The position numbers were made by a program, and so were the translations under genes. This document shows positions 26,905-36,540 of a DNA stretch of 64,000 nt, piece after piece; position 1 is the first letter of the stretch; every line of letters starts with the position of its first letter. The notes beneath the pieces were generated by a model that was given only the letters and a program-made list of their open reading frames with translations, was not told the origin of the DNA and made no database searches. Source of the stretch: Eubacteriales bacterium (GTDB lineage Bacteria > Bacillota > Clostridia > Oscillospirales > CAG-272). Location of the stretch: assembly GCA_045594305.1 (NCBI GenBank), contig JAZNYH010000034.1, positions 484 through 64,483 on the forward strand, read 5' to 3'.

Positions 26905-26998
26905 CTTTGTATCTCCTTTTTTAATTTATAACAAAATTATACACCCATCGACATAAAATGTCAATAGCTTATTTTATCCTTTAAAAGCGGTTTTTGCA

Positions 26999-28567
26999 TT
27001 ATTTGAGCCAGTAATATTCCTTAACAATAAGAGTTCCTGTTTCAAGTAGCACTCCGTTATTTGTTACAAATGCAGAATTATATATATTTTTCGAGGTTGT
27101 AATAAGAGTACCATTTATTGAGTAATAGTTATAATTATTGCCTACCTTAAAGACAATATACTCATCGCTTGCATTGAAAAACTTAGCTGTTATACTATTT
27201 GCAAAAAGCTCCTTTGTTTCTCCGTTTGTGTAGAGATAATAGCTATACTCTGTTGCGGAGCCCTTAGGCTTAACCTCCTTGACAAGCACGATGTAGTCCT
27301 CGCCTGCGTATTCAACTGTAAGCTCCTTTTCTTCAAGGTCAAGCTTTTCGTTGAGATTGAGGTCGTACACCTTGTTATCAAGAAGAATATAGCTACCCTT
27401 TACTGCACTTTGGTTATATGCATTTGTGATGTCGCCTATCTTCTCGCCTCTTTCGTCAAGAAGGAGTGTTTTTCCGTCCTTGCAAACTGCGATAAAGCGA
27501 TTGTCTGCGATAAGAACTAATGCTGTTGCTTGACCTGACACATACTCATCAACATACTCATCAATCCTACCACTATTCTTCAAGGTTACTGTTCTTGGAG
27601 CGTTAAGGTCAATTCTCTTGTCCTCTATCTCGCAAATAACTGCACAATTGTCAACCTTGTCGTTGAACATATCTCTAAAATCCTCTGAGTTTATCTCATT
27701 TGTTATGTAGAGAGCCATATATTTTAGGTTCTTTTCACTTGTCTTACCGTTCTTTGCCTTTACAATAAGTGAGGTAAGTGTGAACTTTTCTCCGTCCTCA
27801 TCAACAATGTCGTAGGACTTAGCATCAGATGGTTGCTTTACAAGGTATTGAACGAAAATATTTCCGTTCTCCAAAACAAAGATTGTAGAATCATCTGCAT
27901 ATGTTGGAACCTGATACGAGGAAACGAGATTATATTTATCATCATATACCCAAACGCCATCGTCAACAACATAGTTATACTCATCAGTTAGGTAGTCACA
28001 CTCAGGGATTTTTGCTGAAAGTGGAGAAGCATCAAAGGCGTATGATATAGTGTCCTTGTCTACTCTGTATGCCTTGTTATCAAAGATTACAAGGTCGTTT
28101 ACAACTGTTGCCCTTTCAATTAACTCTCCCCTGTGTGAGGCAATCTCCTTACCGTCGGCGCTATGTAGGACTGTTATAACCTCCATTTTGCCTGTTTCGG
28201 CGTTCTTTGCCTCGGTATATACAGTATAAGCATCTCCCTCTCCGTCAGCAACAGAATAGAGGCTTACGCCTACCTCTGTGTCATTAAGATCGGCAATTTG
28301 CTGTACTATGCTTCCAGTTCTTGCATTGAAAATTATAAACTTATTTGCAGGGCTTGGTCTTATATCCTCAAAGAGGATAAGCACCTCTCCCTCTTCGCTA
28401 ATCATCATTCCTGTTGTGCCATTGATGGCTTCAATTGTGCTAAGCACACTGCCCTCGGTGTAATCCGTTTCATAGAGCTTAGTTGGTTTTGGAGCACACG
28501 CTACAAGCGTCACACACAAGAGTATGGCAATAGCAAGTGCTAAAAATAGCTTTTTCTTCATTTTCAT
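26999..28567 (-). CDS. Hypothetical lipoprotein
   Basis: Signal peptide plus lipobox: MKMKKKLFLALAIAILLCVTLVAC. Confidence 0.65.
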   Translation of the reverse strand: MKMKKKLFLALAIAILLCVTLVACAPKPTKLYETDYTEGSVLSTIEAINGTTGMMISEEGEVLILFEDIRPSPANKFIIFNARTGSIVQQIADLNDTEVGVSLYSVADGEGDAYTVYTEAKNAETGKMEVITVLHSADGKEIASHRGELIERATVVNDLVIFDNKAYRVDKDTISYAFDASPLSAKIPECDYLTDEYNYVVDDGVWVYDDKYNLVSSYQVPTYADDSTIFVLENGNIFVQYLVKQPSDAKSYDIVDEDGEKFTLTSLIVKAKNGKTSEKNLKYMALYITNEINSEDFRDMFNDKVDNCAVICEIEDKRIDLNAPRTVTLKNSGRIDEYVDEYVSGQATALVLIADNRFIAVCKDGKTLLLDERGEKIGDITNAYNQSAVKGSYILLDNKVYDLNLNEKLDLEEKELTVEYAGEDYIVLVKEVKPKGSATEYSYYLYTNGETKELFANSITAKFFNASDEYIVFKVGNNYNYYSINGTLITTSKNIYNSAFVTNNGVLLETGTLIVKEYYWLK

Positions 28568-28662
28568 TCTCCTATCGTTGATTTTAAGCTAATTTAAGTA
28601 TACCAAAAAGCCTTGTTTTTGTCAATATTATTAATAATATAAGTGCATAAATAATATTTTTA

Positions 28663-28691
28663 TTGACTATGGCGTTTTTTTGTGTTATACT
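28663..28691 (+). promoter_or_regulatory. Candidate rsmA promoter located upstream of the antisense tRNA-Thr
   Basis: TTGACT (28663-28668), 17 nt, then TGT-TATACT (-10 at 28686-28691). Confidence 0.4.
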
Positions 28692-28703
28692 TTTGCCATA
28701 AGA

Positions 28704-28730
28704 TAAAAAAAGCAGACCACAAGGTCTGCC
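28704..28730 (-). terminator. Terminator of tRNA-Thr (minus strand only)
   Basis: GCAGACC-ACAA-GGTCTGC has a U-run only on the minus-strand reading. Confidence 0.65.
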
Positions 28731-28736
28731 TTGATA

Positions 28737-28811
28737 TGGAGCTGGTGATGAGATTTGAACTCATGACCTGCTGGTTACGAGTCAGCTGCACTACCCCTGT
28801 GCTACACCAGC
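28737..28811 (-). tRNA. tRNA-Thr (anticodon CGT)
   Basis: The reverse complement folds with acceptor GCTGGTG/CACCAGC, anticodon loop CTCGTAA, T loop TTCAAAT, and encoded CCA. Confidence 0.85.
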
Positions 28812-28864
28812 GTATATCACATTTTACTACAAAGCACTATCGTTTGTCAAGAGGTTTTAATAAA

Positions 28865-29755
28865 ATGAACTTATGTAATATAAAAACAGTAAAAGCCCTT
28901 TTGGCAAAGTATTCCACGGATACAAAAAAGGGCTTTGGGCAGAACTTTTTAATAAATCCTGCCGTTCCCTTTGATATTGCAGAGGAAAGCTACACATACC
29001 ATATGAGCGTTACTAATAGCGATTGCTCCTGCGCCCTTGAAATCGGTCCTGGTGTGGGTGCATTAGCGAGTGAGCTTTGCCAGCGATACGACAAGGTTGT
29101 CGCAGTTGAGATTGACCGCACACTCATTCCCCTTCTTGGCGAGGCTATGGCTGAGCACGACAACTTCGCCCTTGTAAACGAGGACTTTTTAAGGCTTGAC
29201 CTTGATAGCTTTTTAAATGAGCACTTTGGTAATGAGCGTGTGTCTGTTTGTGCAAATTTGCCGTATTACATAACAACCCCTATAATTATGAAGCTTCTTG
29301 AGGAGGCAAGGGGACGCTTGGCATCTATTACTGTTATGGTTCAGCGTGAGGTTGCTATGCGTCTTTGTGCTGACGCCAAAAGCTCCGAGTATGGTGCTAT
29401 TACTGCCTCGGTTAATTACTATGGCAGGGTTAAGCGTCTTTTTGATGTTTCTCCGTCTAATTTTCTCCCTGCTCCAAGCGTCACCTCGACTGTAATAAGG
29501 ATTGAGCTTTTTGAAGAAAGCCCGTACACAGTAAGCGATGAAAAAACGCTTTTCGAGGTTATCTCAGGTGCATTTGCTCAAAGGAGAAAAACGCTCCTTA
29601 ATTCCCTCTCGTCCTCTCTTGGTTGGGTATCCAAGGCAAGAATTGGAGAGATTATAGAGGCGTGTGGCTTTGATATTAACATTCGTGGCGAGCGACTTTC
29701 GATTGATGATTTCTGCACGCTTGCAAACGAGCTTTTTAAGGAAAAAACAAAATGA
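28865..29755 (+). CDS. rsmA: 16S rRNA (adenine1518/1519-N6)-dimethyltransferase
   Basis: KKGFGQNFLINP and the EIGPGVGALA SAM motif. The ORF-track start at 28682 would read through the tRNA gene. Confidence 0.85.
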   Translation: MNLCNIKTVKALLAKYSTDTKKGFGQNFLINPAVPFDIAEESYTYHMSVTNSDCSCALEIGPGVGALASELCQRYDKVVAVEIDRTLIPLLGEAMAEHDNFALVNEDFLRLDLDSFLNEHFGNERVSVCANLPYYITTPIIMKLLEEARGRLASITVMVQREVAMRLCADAKSSEYGAITASVNYYGRVKRLFDVSPSNFLPAPSVTSTVIRIELFEESPYTVSDEKTLFEVISGAFAQRRKTLLNSLSSSLGWVSKARIGEIIEACGFDINIRGERLSIDDFCTLANELFKEKTK

Positions 29756-30513
29756 TTTTTTTAGGAACTATTGTAAATTCGCTTGGAATTTTAGTAGGTG
29801 GTCTTATAGGCTTTTTCCTATCGGGACTTTTTGCAAGGAGCAAACGACTACAAGCAATCCCTGACGCTCTTATGAAGGCTGTTGGGCTTTGCGTAATGTA
29901 TATTGGAATTTCAGGTGTTATATCAAATATGTCAAGTGCTGGCGTGGCATTTGGCGATTATGCCTTGCTTATAATGATAGGCTGTGTTGCTATTGGCACT
30001 CTGCTTGGCGAGCTTATAGATATTGACAAGGCAATTTCCCGTCTTGGCTCTGCTATTGAGGCTAAGGTTACAAAATCTCACGCAGGCGACGAGGGCGAGG
30101 GTGCTTCGCAAAAGAGCATTGCTCGTGGCTTTGTGAGTGCAACTATTCTCTTCTGCGTTGGAGCTATGGCTATAACAGGCTCTATTGAAAGCGGTCTTAC
30201 GGGTGGAGCGTCTCAGGGCACTCTATTTGCAAAGAGCGTGCTCGACTTTATAAGCTCTATTGTCTTTGGAGCAACTCTTGGAATTGGCACTATCTTTTCC
30301 TCTATATCTGTTTTCATCTATCAGGGCTTAATTGAGCTTTTAGCTATTTTCCTCGGTAACTTTTTAGCGTCCTCGGTGGCGTCTCTTATGAGTGCAACCG
30401 GCTCGCTTCTTATATTCGCTATCGGTCTTAATATGGTAGGCGTTACAAAATTAAAGGTCGCTAATATGCTCCCTGCTATTTTTCTACCACTTATCGCCTG
30501 CTTTTTCATTTAA
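29752..30513 (+). CDS. DUF554 family membrane protein
   Basis: GTIVNSLGILVGGLIG N-terminus and a polytopic profile. Confidence 0.6.
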   Translation: MIFLGTIVNSLGILVGGLIGFFLSGLFARSKRLQAIPDALMKAVGLCVMYIGISGVISNMSSAGVAFGDYALLIMIGCVAIGTLLGELIDIDKAISRLGSAIEAKVTKSHAGDEGEGASQKSIARGFVSATILFCVGAMAITGSIESGLTGGASQGTLFAKSVLDFISSIVFGATLGIGTIFSSISVFIYQGLIELLAIFLGNFLASSVASLMSATGSLLIFAIGLNMVGVTKLKVANMLPAIFLPLIACFFI

Positions 30514-30537
30514 TCATTCACCAAAAGAGGACACGAA

Positions 30538-31521
30538 ATGGAAATTTTAAGAAAAATATTGTATAGAATATCGCACATCGGTCTTTTGCCGACTGTTCTT
30601 GGAATTTTGATTTCCGCTGTGCTCATATTCGTTACAATTGAATTTAATGTAAGCGTTGGTCTACATATCTTTACTGCTTTTCTTACTGCGTTTACGCTGA
30701 TAAATATTATTGTTCCCTTGCCCGACCATGTATACAAGGTAAAGGCAATAATTTACAAAAACAAGTTCGCAACAAGATATGTTTATGACTACGAGTATCG
30801 CTCAAATATAGTTATGCAAATAGGCTTTATAGGAAATACTGCCTATGCTCTTATAAACCTTTTCCTTGGTCTTATAACAAAGCAGGTTTGGTTTGTTTCT
30901 ATTGGAGTATTCTACACGATATTCGGCTTTCTCAAATTCGCTCTTCTCGCTAAGCAGGCTCACATTTTAAAGAGCGATAATATGAGAGAGCGTAAGGCAA
31001 CCTCACTTAGGGTTTGGCGCTTCTTTGGTGCATCTATGTTTATTATAACAATCCCTACCACTATTATGGTTGCACAAATGATTTACAACAACAAAAACTA
31101 CTATTATAGTCAAATAATAACCTTTGGATATTTCGTTTATACGGCTATTTATCTTGTTGCTGCAATTGTAAAGGTTTTTCAAGCGAGAATGCGTAAAAAT
31201 CCTATCTTCACGGCGTACTCTAATATGAGCTTCTGTGGTGCTCTTATGTCGGTTTTGGCACTTCAAACGGCAATGATTACCGCCTTCCATCTTGACGACT
31301 CAACAAGGCGTATTATCAACACAATCACGGGTGCTATCGTTATTGCGACCTTCTACATAATCTCAATAGTTGTAATAATAAGCACAACCCTTCAATTAAA
31401 GAAAAACTATCCCGAGCTTAGCACCTATGCTAAGCACAAGGAATACAAGGCACACTCTGGCACAATATTTGACAGAACTCTTGAATACGACACGGGTACA
31501 ACCTCATTTATATCAAAATAA
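30538..31521 (+). CDS. Hypothetical polytopic membrane protein
   Basis: Multiple hydrophobic segments. I recognise no family. Confidence 0.55.
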   Translation: MEILRKILYRISHIGLLPTVLGILISAVLIFVTIEFNVSVGLHIFTAFLTAFTLINIIVPLPDHVYKVKAIIYKNKFATRYVYDYEYRSNIVMQIGFIGNTAYALINLFLGLITKQVWFVSIGVFYTIFGFLKFALLAKQAHILKSDNMRERKATSLRVWRFFGASMFIITIPTTIMVAQMIYNNKNYYYSQIITFGYFVYTAIYLVAAIVKVFQARMRKNPIFTAYSNMSFCGALMSVLALQTAMITAFHLDDSTRRIINTITGAIVIATFYIISIVVIISTTLQLKKNYPELSTYAKHKEYKAHSGTIFDRTLEYDTGTTSFISK

Positions 31522-31549
31522 AAAAGTCTCTGCGATTGCAGAGGCTTTT

Positions 31550-32356
31550 TCATATTTTATCAAAAATTTCAAGACCTGATTTTTTAAGAACCCTTGTTAT
31601 TATTGCAGGGCCAAGGCGTGGGAAAAGCTTGTAAAGGAAATTCATAAGGTGGGCATCTAAGCCTACTATTATGCGTCCCTTACGGCGTTTTATTTTTTTG
31701 ATTATCTTATTTACGGTTTTTTGCAGATCTGCGCTTATTTTTGAGAACACAGCCACATCGTGCTCGCTTGCCCCTTGGGATTTCATAATATCGGTTTTGA
31801 CAAAGCCGTTCATTACTGATGCGACATAGATTTTCTTATTTTCCCTTGCAAGGCACTCAAAATACGCCCTTGATGCACTCTTTGAGGCACAGTACGCACT
31901 AACGCCACCAAACGGACAAAGTGCACTTGATGACGAAAATGAAATTATCGCACCCTGTGTTGATTTTTCAATGCTTGGCAAAAACGCATCGGTTGCATAC
32001 ACCTGTGAGAGGAAGTTTATCTCCATAGTGCTCAAAAGCTCATCTGGTGTGCTATTTTCAACTGATGCAAGCTTGGGTAAAACGCCTGCACAATTAATGA
32101 GCATATCTACCACCACGCCCTCGCTATCAAGCCTTTTGGCAAGGCGTGTCCATTCCTCTCTTATAGAGGCGTCAAAGGGGGTGGGGATAAAGTGGTCGCC
32201 TGCCTCTTTTGATATTTCATCAAGAAGGGTGGCACGACGGGCAACGGCGTAAACCGTGCAATTATATTTTGTTACAAGGCGTGTCGCTAATTCACGGCCT
32301 ATTCCACTCGACGCACCTGTTATTACAACTGTTTTATTATTTAAATCGTATCTCAT
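31550..32356 (-). CDS. SDR family oxidoreductase
   Basis: ITGASSGIGRELA and YCASK motifs. Confidence 0.8.
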   Translation of the reverse strand: MRYDLNNKTVVITGASSGIGRELATRLVTKYNCTVYAVARRATLLDEISKEAGDHFIPTPFDASIREEWTRLAKRLDSEGVVVDMLINCAGVLPKLASVENSTPDELLSTMEINFLSQVYATDAFLPSIEKSTQGAIISFSSSSALCPFGGVSAYCASKSASRAYFECLARENKKIYVASVMNGFVKTDIMKSQGASEHDVAVFSKISADLQKTVNKIIKKIKRRKGRIIVGLDAHLMNFLYKLFPRLGPAIITRVLKKSGLEIFDKI

Positions 32357-32403
32357 ATTTTTTCAAAAAGCCACACCGTAATAGTGTGGCTTTGCTTGTT
32401 TAT

Positions 32404-33429
32404 TTATCTTTGAACACGGCCACTTCCGCCACCCTTGATAAGTCCCTCAACCTCTTTTACAGATACAAGGTTATAGTCACCTATAATGGTGTGCTTGAGG
32501 CACGATGCTGCTACTGCAAATTCGATAACATCCTGTGGGGCCTTTTCCATAAGTGAAGCGTAGATAAGTCCACCACCAAAGGAGTCGCCACCGCCTACAC
32601 GGTCAACAATGTGAATGTCGTAGGAGCGTGAGAAGAAGTAGTCGTTTTCCTTTGCGTCGTAGAGCATTGCTGCCCACTTATTGTCGTTTGCAGAGATGCT
32701 TGTGCGAAGGGTGATTGCTACTCTCTTGAAGCCAAAGCGCTCGCTAAGCTGCTTTGCAACGCTCTTGTAGCCGTCGTGGTTTACAACGCCCTTATCAACA
32801 TCGGTGTTTTCAGCCTTAATGCCGAATACCTTCTCTGCATCCTCCTCGTTTGCAATGCAAACATCAACAAGCTTCATAAGCTCGCCCATTGTTTTGCCTG
32901 CCTGCTCACTTGTCCAAAGGTTCTTTCTAAAATTGAGGTCACAGCTTGTGGTAATTCCCTTTTCACGGCACGCCTTAAGTGCGTCCATACAAATCTCAGG
33001 AAGTTCACCACCAAGTGCTGGTGTGATGCCTGTGAAGTGGAACCAATTTGCTCCTTCAAGAATTTTATTCCAATCAAAGTCAGCTCGCTTAGCAAGTGCA
33101 ATTGCAGAATAAGCACGGTCATAGATAACCTTTGAGGGACGCTGTGATGCGCCTGTTTCAAGGTAATAAATACCTACTCTATCGCCACCTCTTACAATGT
33201 CGCTTGTATCAACGCCATAGCGTCTGAGTGAATTTACCGCTGCTTGACCGATTTCGTGTGCGGGAAGCTTGGTTACATAAGATGCATCAATGCCATAGTT
33301 AGCCAAGGAAACGGCAACATTTGCCTCTCCACCGCCATATGTAGCACCAAAGGTGTCAGTTTGAATAAATCTTGTGTAGCCTGCGGGATTAAGTCTTAGC
33401 ATTATTTCGCCAAAGCATACTGTTTTCAT
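32404..33429 (-). CDS. kdgK: 2-dehydro-3-deoxygluconokinase (PfkB family)
   Basis: FGEIMLRLNP...GGGEANVAVSLANYG is typical of KdgK. The GGGDSF motif is present. Confidence 0.75.
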   Translation of the reverse strand: MKTVCFGEIMLRLNPAGYTRFIQTDTFGATYGGGEANVAVSLANYGIDASYVTKLPAHEIGQAAVNSLRRYGVDTSDIVRGGDRVGIYYLETGASQRPSKVIYDRAYSAIALAKRADFDWNKILEGANWFHFTGITPALGGELPEICMDALKACREKGITTSCDLNFRKNLWTSEQAGKTMGELMKLVDVCIANEEDAEKVFGIKAENTDVDKGVVNHDGYKSVAKQLSERFGFKRVAITLRTSISANDNKWAAMLYDAKENDYFFSRSYDIHIVDRVGGGDSFGGGLIYASLMEKAPQDVIEFAVAASCLKHTIIGDYNLVSVKEVEGLIKGGGSGRVQR

Positions 33430-33491
33430 TGATATTACTTCCTTTTTTGAAAAATTTTACATAAATATTTTACTATGATTTGAATTAATAG

Positions 33492-34370
33492 TCAAGAGTT
33501 TTGGTTGTATTTCTCGTAATAAAATAGGTATTGCTGTGCAATTCCTGCATTTTTACCGAGGGATATGTAATCAAAGCCATTTGGAAAGTTTTTTTCAAGC
33601 GTACGCTTCATATGAACATCTATTGGAAACGCCTCGCCCCTGCCTGCACCAAAAAGAAGTGCACAGCTTGCCACCTTTAAGCCTATTCCCTTTATTTTGC
33701 AAAGACTTTCAAGGCTTTTTTTGTAGTCATCAGCCTTTATACGAGAGAGCATATCCAAGTCCGCTGATACAACCCTACACGCATCGTAAATGTACCTTGC
33801 ACGAAAGCCCATTCTAAGCTCATAAAGCTCGTCCACGCTTGCTACGGAAAGGGCGTCTGGTGTTGGGAAGGAATAATAACGCTCACCCCTAAATTCAACC
33901 ACCTCTCCGTATTTTTCGCAAATCGCAGATACAATTTTCTTTATCCTTGGAATGTTATTGTTTTGGGAGATGATAAAGGAAATTACACATTCCCAAGCAT
34001 CCTGCGACAGTATTCTTATTCCGGAGCCGTATTCTACTGCCCTTTTCATATGCTCGTCCTTGATTTTCGACAAAATGTCCTTATCGATTTCATCGTAGTC
34101 GACATCAAGTGACAAATAGGAACACCAAATATCAAAAAAGTCCTGTCTTGTCGAGTTGTAGATTATAAGCTCGCTTTCGCTATTTTGAGCAAAGACAACA
34201 TATCTGCCAAATGCAACCCCTGCGACCTCGTACTTATTACCAAAGAGTGACACAGGCTCAAAGCGAAAGCATTGACCACAATCAAAGGTCTTAAAGAGGC
34301 TGATTTTTGGGGCGTTTATTATTTGCACGGCATCTATGCCGTCAATTGTTTTAAATTCCTTTATTTCCAT
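33492..34370 (-). CDS. ogg: 8-oxoguanine DNA glycosylase / HhH-GPD family
   Basis: FDCGQCFRF N-domain motif and an HhH-GPD region (KIKGIGLKVASCALLF...PIDVH). The start overlaps the ribU stop (TGATG). Confidence 0.7.
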   Translation of the reverse strand: MEIKEFKTIDGIDAVQIINAPKISLFKTFDCGQCFRFEPVSLFGNKYEVAGVAFGRYVVFAQNSESELIIYNSTRQDFFDIWCSYLSLDVDYDEIDKDILSKIKDEHMKRAVEYGSGIRILSQDAWECVISFIISQNNNIPRIKKIVSAICEKYGEVVEFRGERYYSFPTPDALSVASVDELYELRMGFRARYIYDACRVVSADLDMLSRIKADDYKKSLESLCKIKGIGLKVASCALLFGAGRGEAFPIDVHMKRTLEKNFPNGFDYISLGKNAGIAQQYLFYYEKYNQNS

Positions 34371-35023
34371 CAAATCACTCCACCTAATATCAAAAGTCCA
34401 AGCACGCAAATTGCTATTACCATAACACAGCTAACTATAAGTAGCACCTTGACATCGCTCTTTTTTGCTTCAACCCTGTCAAGCAGGCGTGCACCTCGCA
34501 TAGCCCTTACAACAGGCTTATAAAGAAGCATTGCAAGCGAGGCGTTAAGTGAGCCCTTTACAAGGTTAAAGGGTAAAAATACTGTTGGGAGCATTTTTGC
34601 CACCGCCTCTCGTGTCACGGTCATATAAAGAGGTGTTATAAGATAATTCCAAAGCATCATAGCTACGCACATTGCTAAAACGCCACTTATAATTCCTATA
34701 ATTGCACCCGAGAAGGTGCGTCTTTTTTGATAAATGATAGAGGCTGTGCAGGCAAAAAATGCGCTTGAAATTATATTCATTGCAAAGCCTATTATTCCTG
34801 TTGTGCTTATTGTGATAAGCTCCAAAAGGGCTGTTATAACCGTGATTATAAGAGCAGATACAGGCCCTAAAATAAAGCCCGCTATCACTATTATTATATC
34901 CTTGGGATCGTAATCAAGAAAGCCTGCAACCTTGATTGGTATAAGATTGCCAAGGCAGGTCATCACAAAGGCGAGTGCTGAAAAAACGCCTATCATTACT
35001 ATTCTTCTTGTGTCAAATTTCAT
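34370..35023 (-). CDS. ribU: ECF transporter S component, riboflavin-type
   Basis: A membrane protein with about 5-6 TM helices, placed directly downstream of an FMN riboswitch. Confidence 0.7.
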   Translation of the reverse strand: MKFDTRRIVMIGVFSALAFVMTCLGNLIPIKVAGFLDYDPKDIIIVIAGFILGPVSALIITVITALLELITISTTGIIGFAMNIISSAFFACTASIIYQKRRTFSGAIIGIISGVLAMCVAMMLWNYLITPLYMTVTREAVAKMLPTVFLPFNLVKGSLNASLAMLLYKPVVRAMRGARLLDRVEAKKSDVKVLLIVSCVMVIAICVLGLLILGGVI

Positions 35024-35044
35024 AAAGCTCCTTTAAATCCTCAA

Positions 35045-35200
35045 ACAAAAAATCGCCCTCTTAGGGCGATACGAAGCAATATGCGCTATGCGCAAATCCT
35101 CTTTCATTCAGACTTTACTGCCGGTTTTGGAATTTAACCAAATCTGCTTTCGCTTGCGGACTTTACCGCCGATCGGGAATTTCACCCTGCCCTGAAGATT
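35045..35200 (-). promoter_or_regulatory. FMN riboswitch (RFN element) with an intrinsic terminator
   Basis: The minus strand reads CTTCAGGGCAGGGTGAAATTCCCGATCGGCGGTAAAGTCCGCAAGC...GGTTAAATTCCAAAACCGGCAGTAAAGTCTGAATGAAAGAGGA, followed by ATCGCCC-TAAGA-GGGCGAT and T6. Confidence 0.85.
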
Positions 35201-35360
35201 TATTACATTTAATTTTTATAATAAGATTATATTCCCATTTTTCTCGTTTGTCAAGCCTTTATAAAAAATTACAAAAAATCTCAAAAAATTACGAAATATC
35301 TATTGATATTTAAAATACCTTGTGATAAAATATTTTTATCAAAAATTGGGGGTAATAATT

Positions 35361-36362
35361 ATGAACTCAAATGTTAGACCAGAAAATATGGCACGCATCA
35401 CTACGCCAGAGCTTGCAAATGCATTTATTGATGAGCAGATTGCTGAAATTAAAGCTCAGGTTGGCTCAAAAAAGGTTCTCCTTGCTCTTTCGGGTGGTGT
35501 TGATTCAAGCGTTGTTGCTGCACTTCTTATCAAAGCTATTGGTAAGCAGCTTGTTTGTGTGCATGTAAATCACGGACTTATGCGTAAGGGCGAGAGCGAG
35601 CAGGTTATCGAGGTTTTCGGTAAGCAGCTTGATGCAAATCTCGTTTATATAGATGCTACTGACCGTTATCTTGACAAGCTCGCAGGCGTTAGCGACCCTG
35701 AGAGAAAGAGAAAGATAATTGGTGAGGAGTTTATTCGTATCTTTGAGGAGGAGGCAAGAAAGCTTGAGGGCGTTGATTTCCTCGCTCAGGGTACTATTTA
35801 TCCAGACATTCTTGAAAGCTTTAAGCAGGCAGAGGGCAAGAAGGCTGTTAAGTCTCACCACAATGTTGGTGGTCTTCCAGAGGACCTTAAATTCGAGCTT
35901 GTTGAGCCTATTAAGCTTCTTTTCAAGGATGAGGTAAGAGTTGTTGGTAAGGCACTTGGCTTGCCTGCTGAAATGGTTGATCGTCAGCCATTCCCAGGTC
36001 CTGGTCTTGGTGTTAGATGCCTTGGCGCTATCACAAGAGATAGACTTCACGCTCTTCGTGAGGCTGATGCTATCCTTCGTGAGGAGTTTGGCCTCGCTGG
36101 TCTTAACTTGAAGGTATGGCAATACTTTGTTGTTATTCCTGATATTAAGAGCGTTGGCGTAAAGAATGAGAGCCGTTATGAGGGCTGGCCTGCAATTATT
36201 CGTGCAGTAAACACTACCGATGCTATGAGTGCTACAATTGAGGAAATTCCGTACGCACTTCTCCACAAAATCACAGCAAGAATCACAAGCGAGGTTGAGG
36301 GCATTAACCGTGTTCTCTACGACCTTACTCCAAAGCCTGTTGGAACTATCGAGTGGGAATAA
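35361..36362 (+). CDS. guaA: GMP synthase ATP-pyrophosphatase plus dimerisation domains only (no GATase domain)
   Basis: SGGVDSSV P-loop, HHNVGGLPE, and a C-terminal ...GTIEWE. The N-terminus starts directly at the PPase domain. Confidence 0.8.
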   Translation: MNSNVRPENMARITTPELANAFIDEQIAEIKAQVGSKKVLLALSGGVDSSVVAALLIKAIGKQLVCVHVNHGLMRKGESEQVIEVFGKQLDANLVYIDATDRYLDKLAGVSDPERKRKIIGEEFIRIFEEEARKLEGVDFLAQGTIYPDILESFKQAEGKKAVKSHHNVGGLPEDLKFELVEPIKLLFKDEVRVVGKALGLPAEMVDRQPFPGPGLGVRCLGAITRDRLHALREADAILREEFGLAGLNLKVWQYFVVIPDIKSVGVKNESRYEGWPAIIRAVNTTDAMSATIEEIPYALLHKITARITSEVEGINRVLYDLTPKPVGTIEWE

Positions 36363-36540
36363 TATATTACCAAAATACACTGACATCCTTCAAAAAGCCT
36401 CGCATCAGCGAGGCTTTTTTATTGGAGCGTGCTTAGGTGATTATTTTGCAATTGTTAATTTTTCTTCTTACTTATTGACTTTAACAAATTAATGTGATAA
36501 ACTTATATTGTACAGATATTTTAATTTTAGGAGAGATTTT

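Noticed and set aside
28682-28864. An N-terminal extension of rsmA; the same applies to 4542-4739 for the GT4 gene, 24208-24258 for the FDP and 53471-55060 for the LRR protein
   Set aside because: The extensions run through a tRNA gene, a terminator or promoter sequence. Internal ATGs with RBSs give canonical N-termini.
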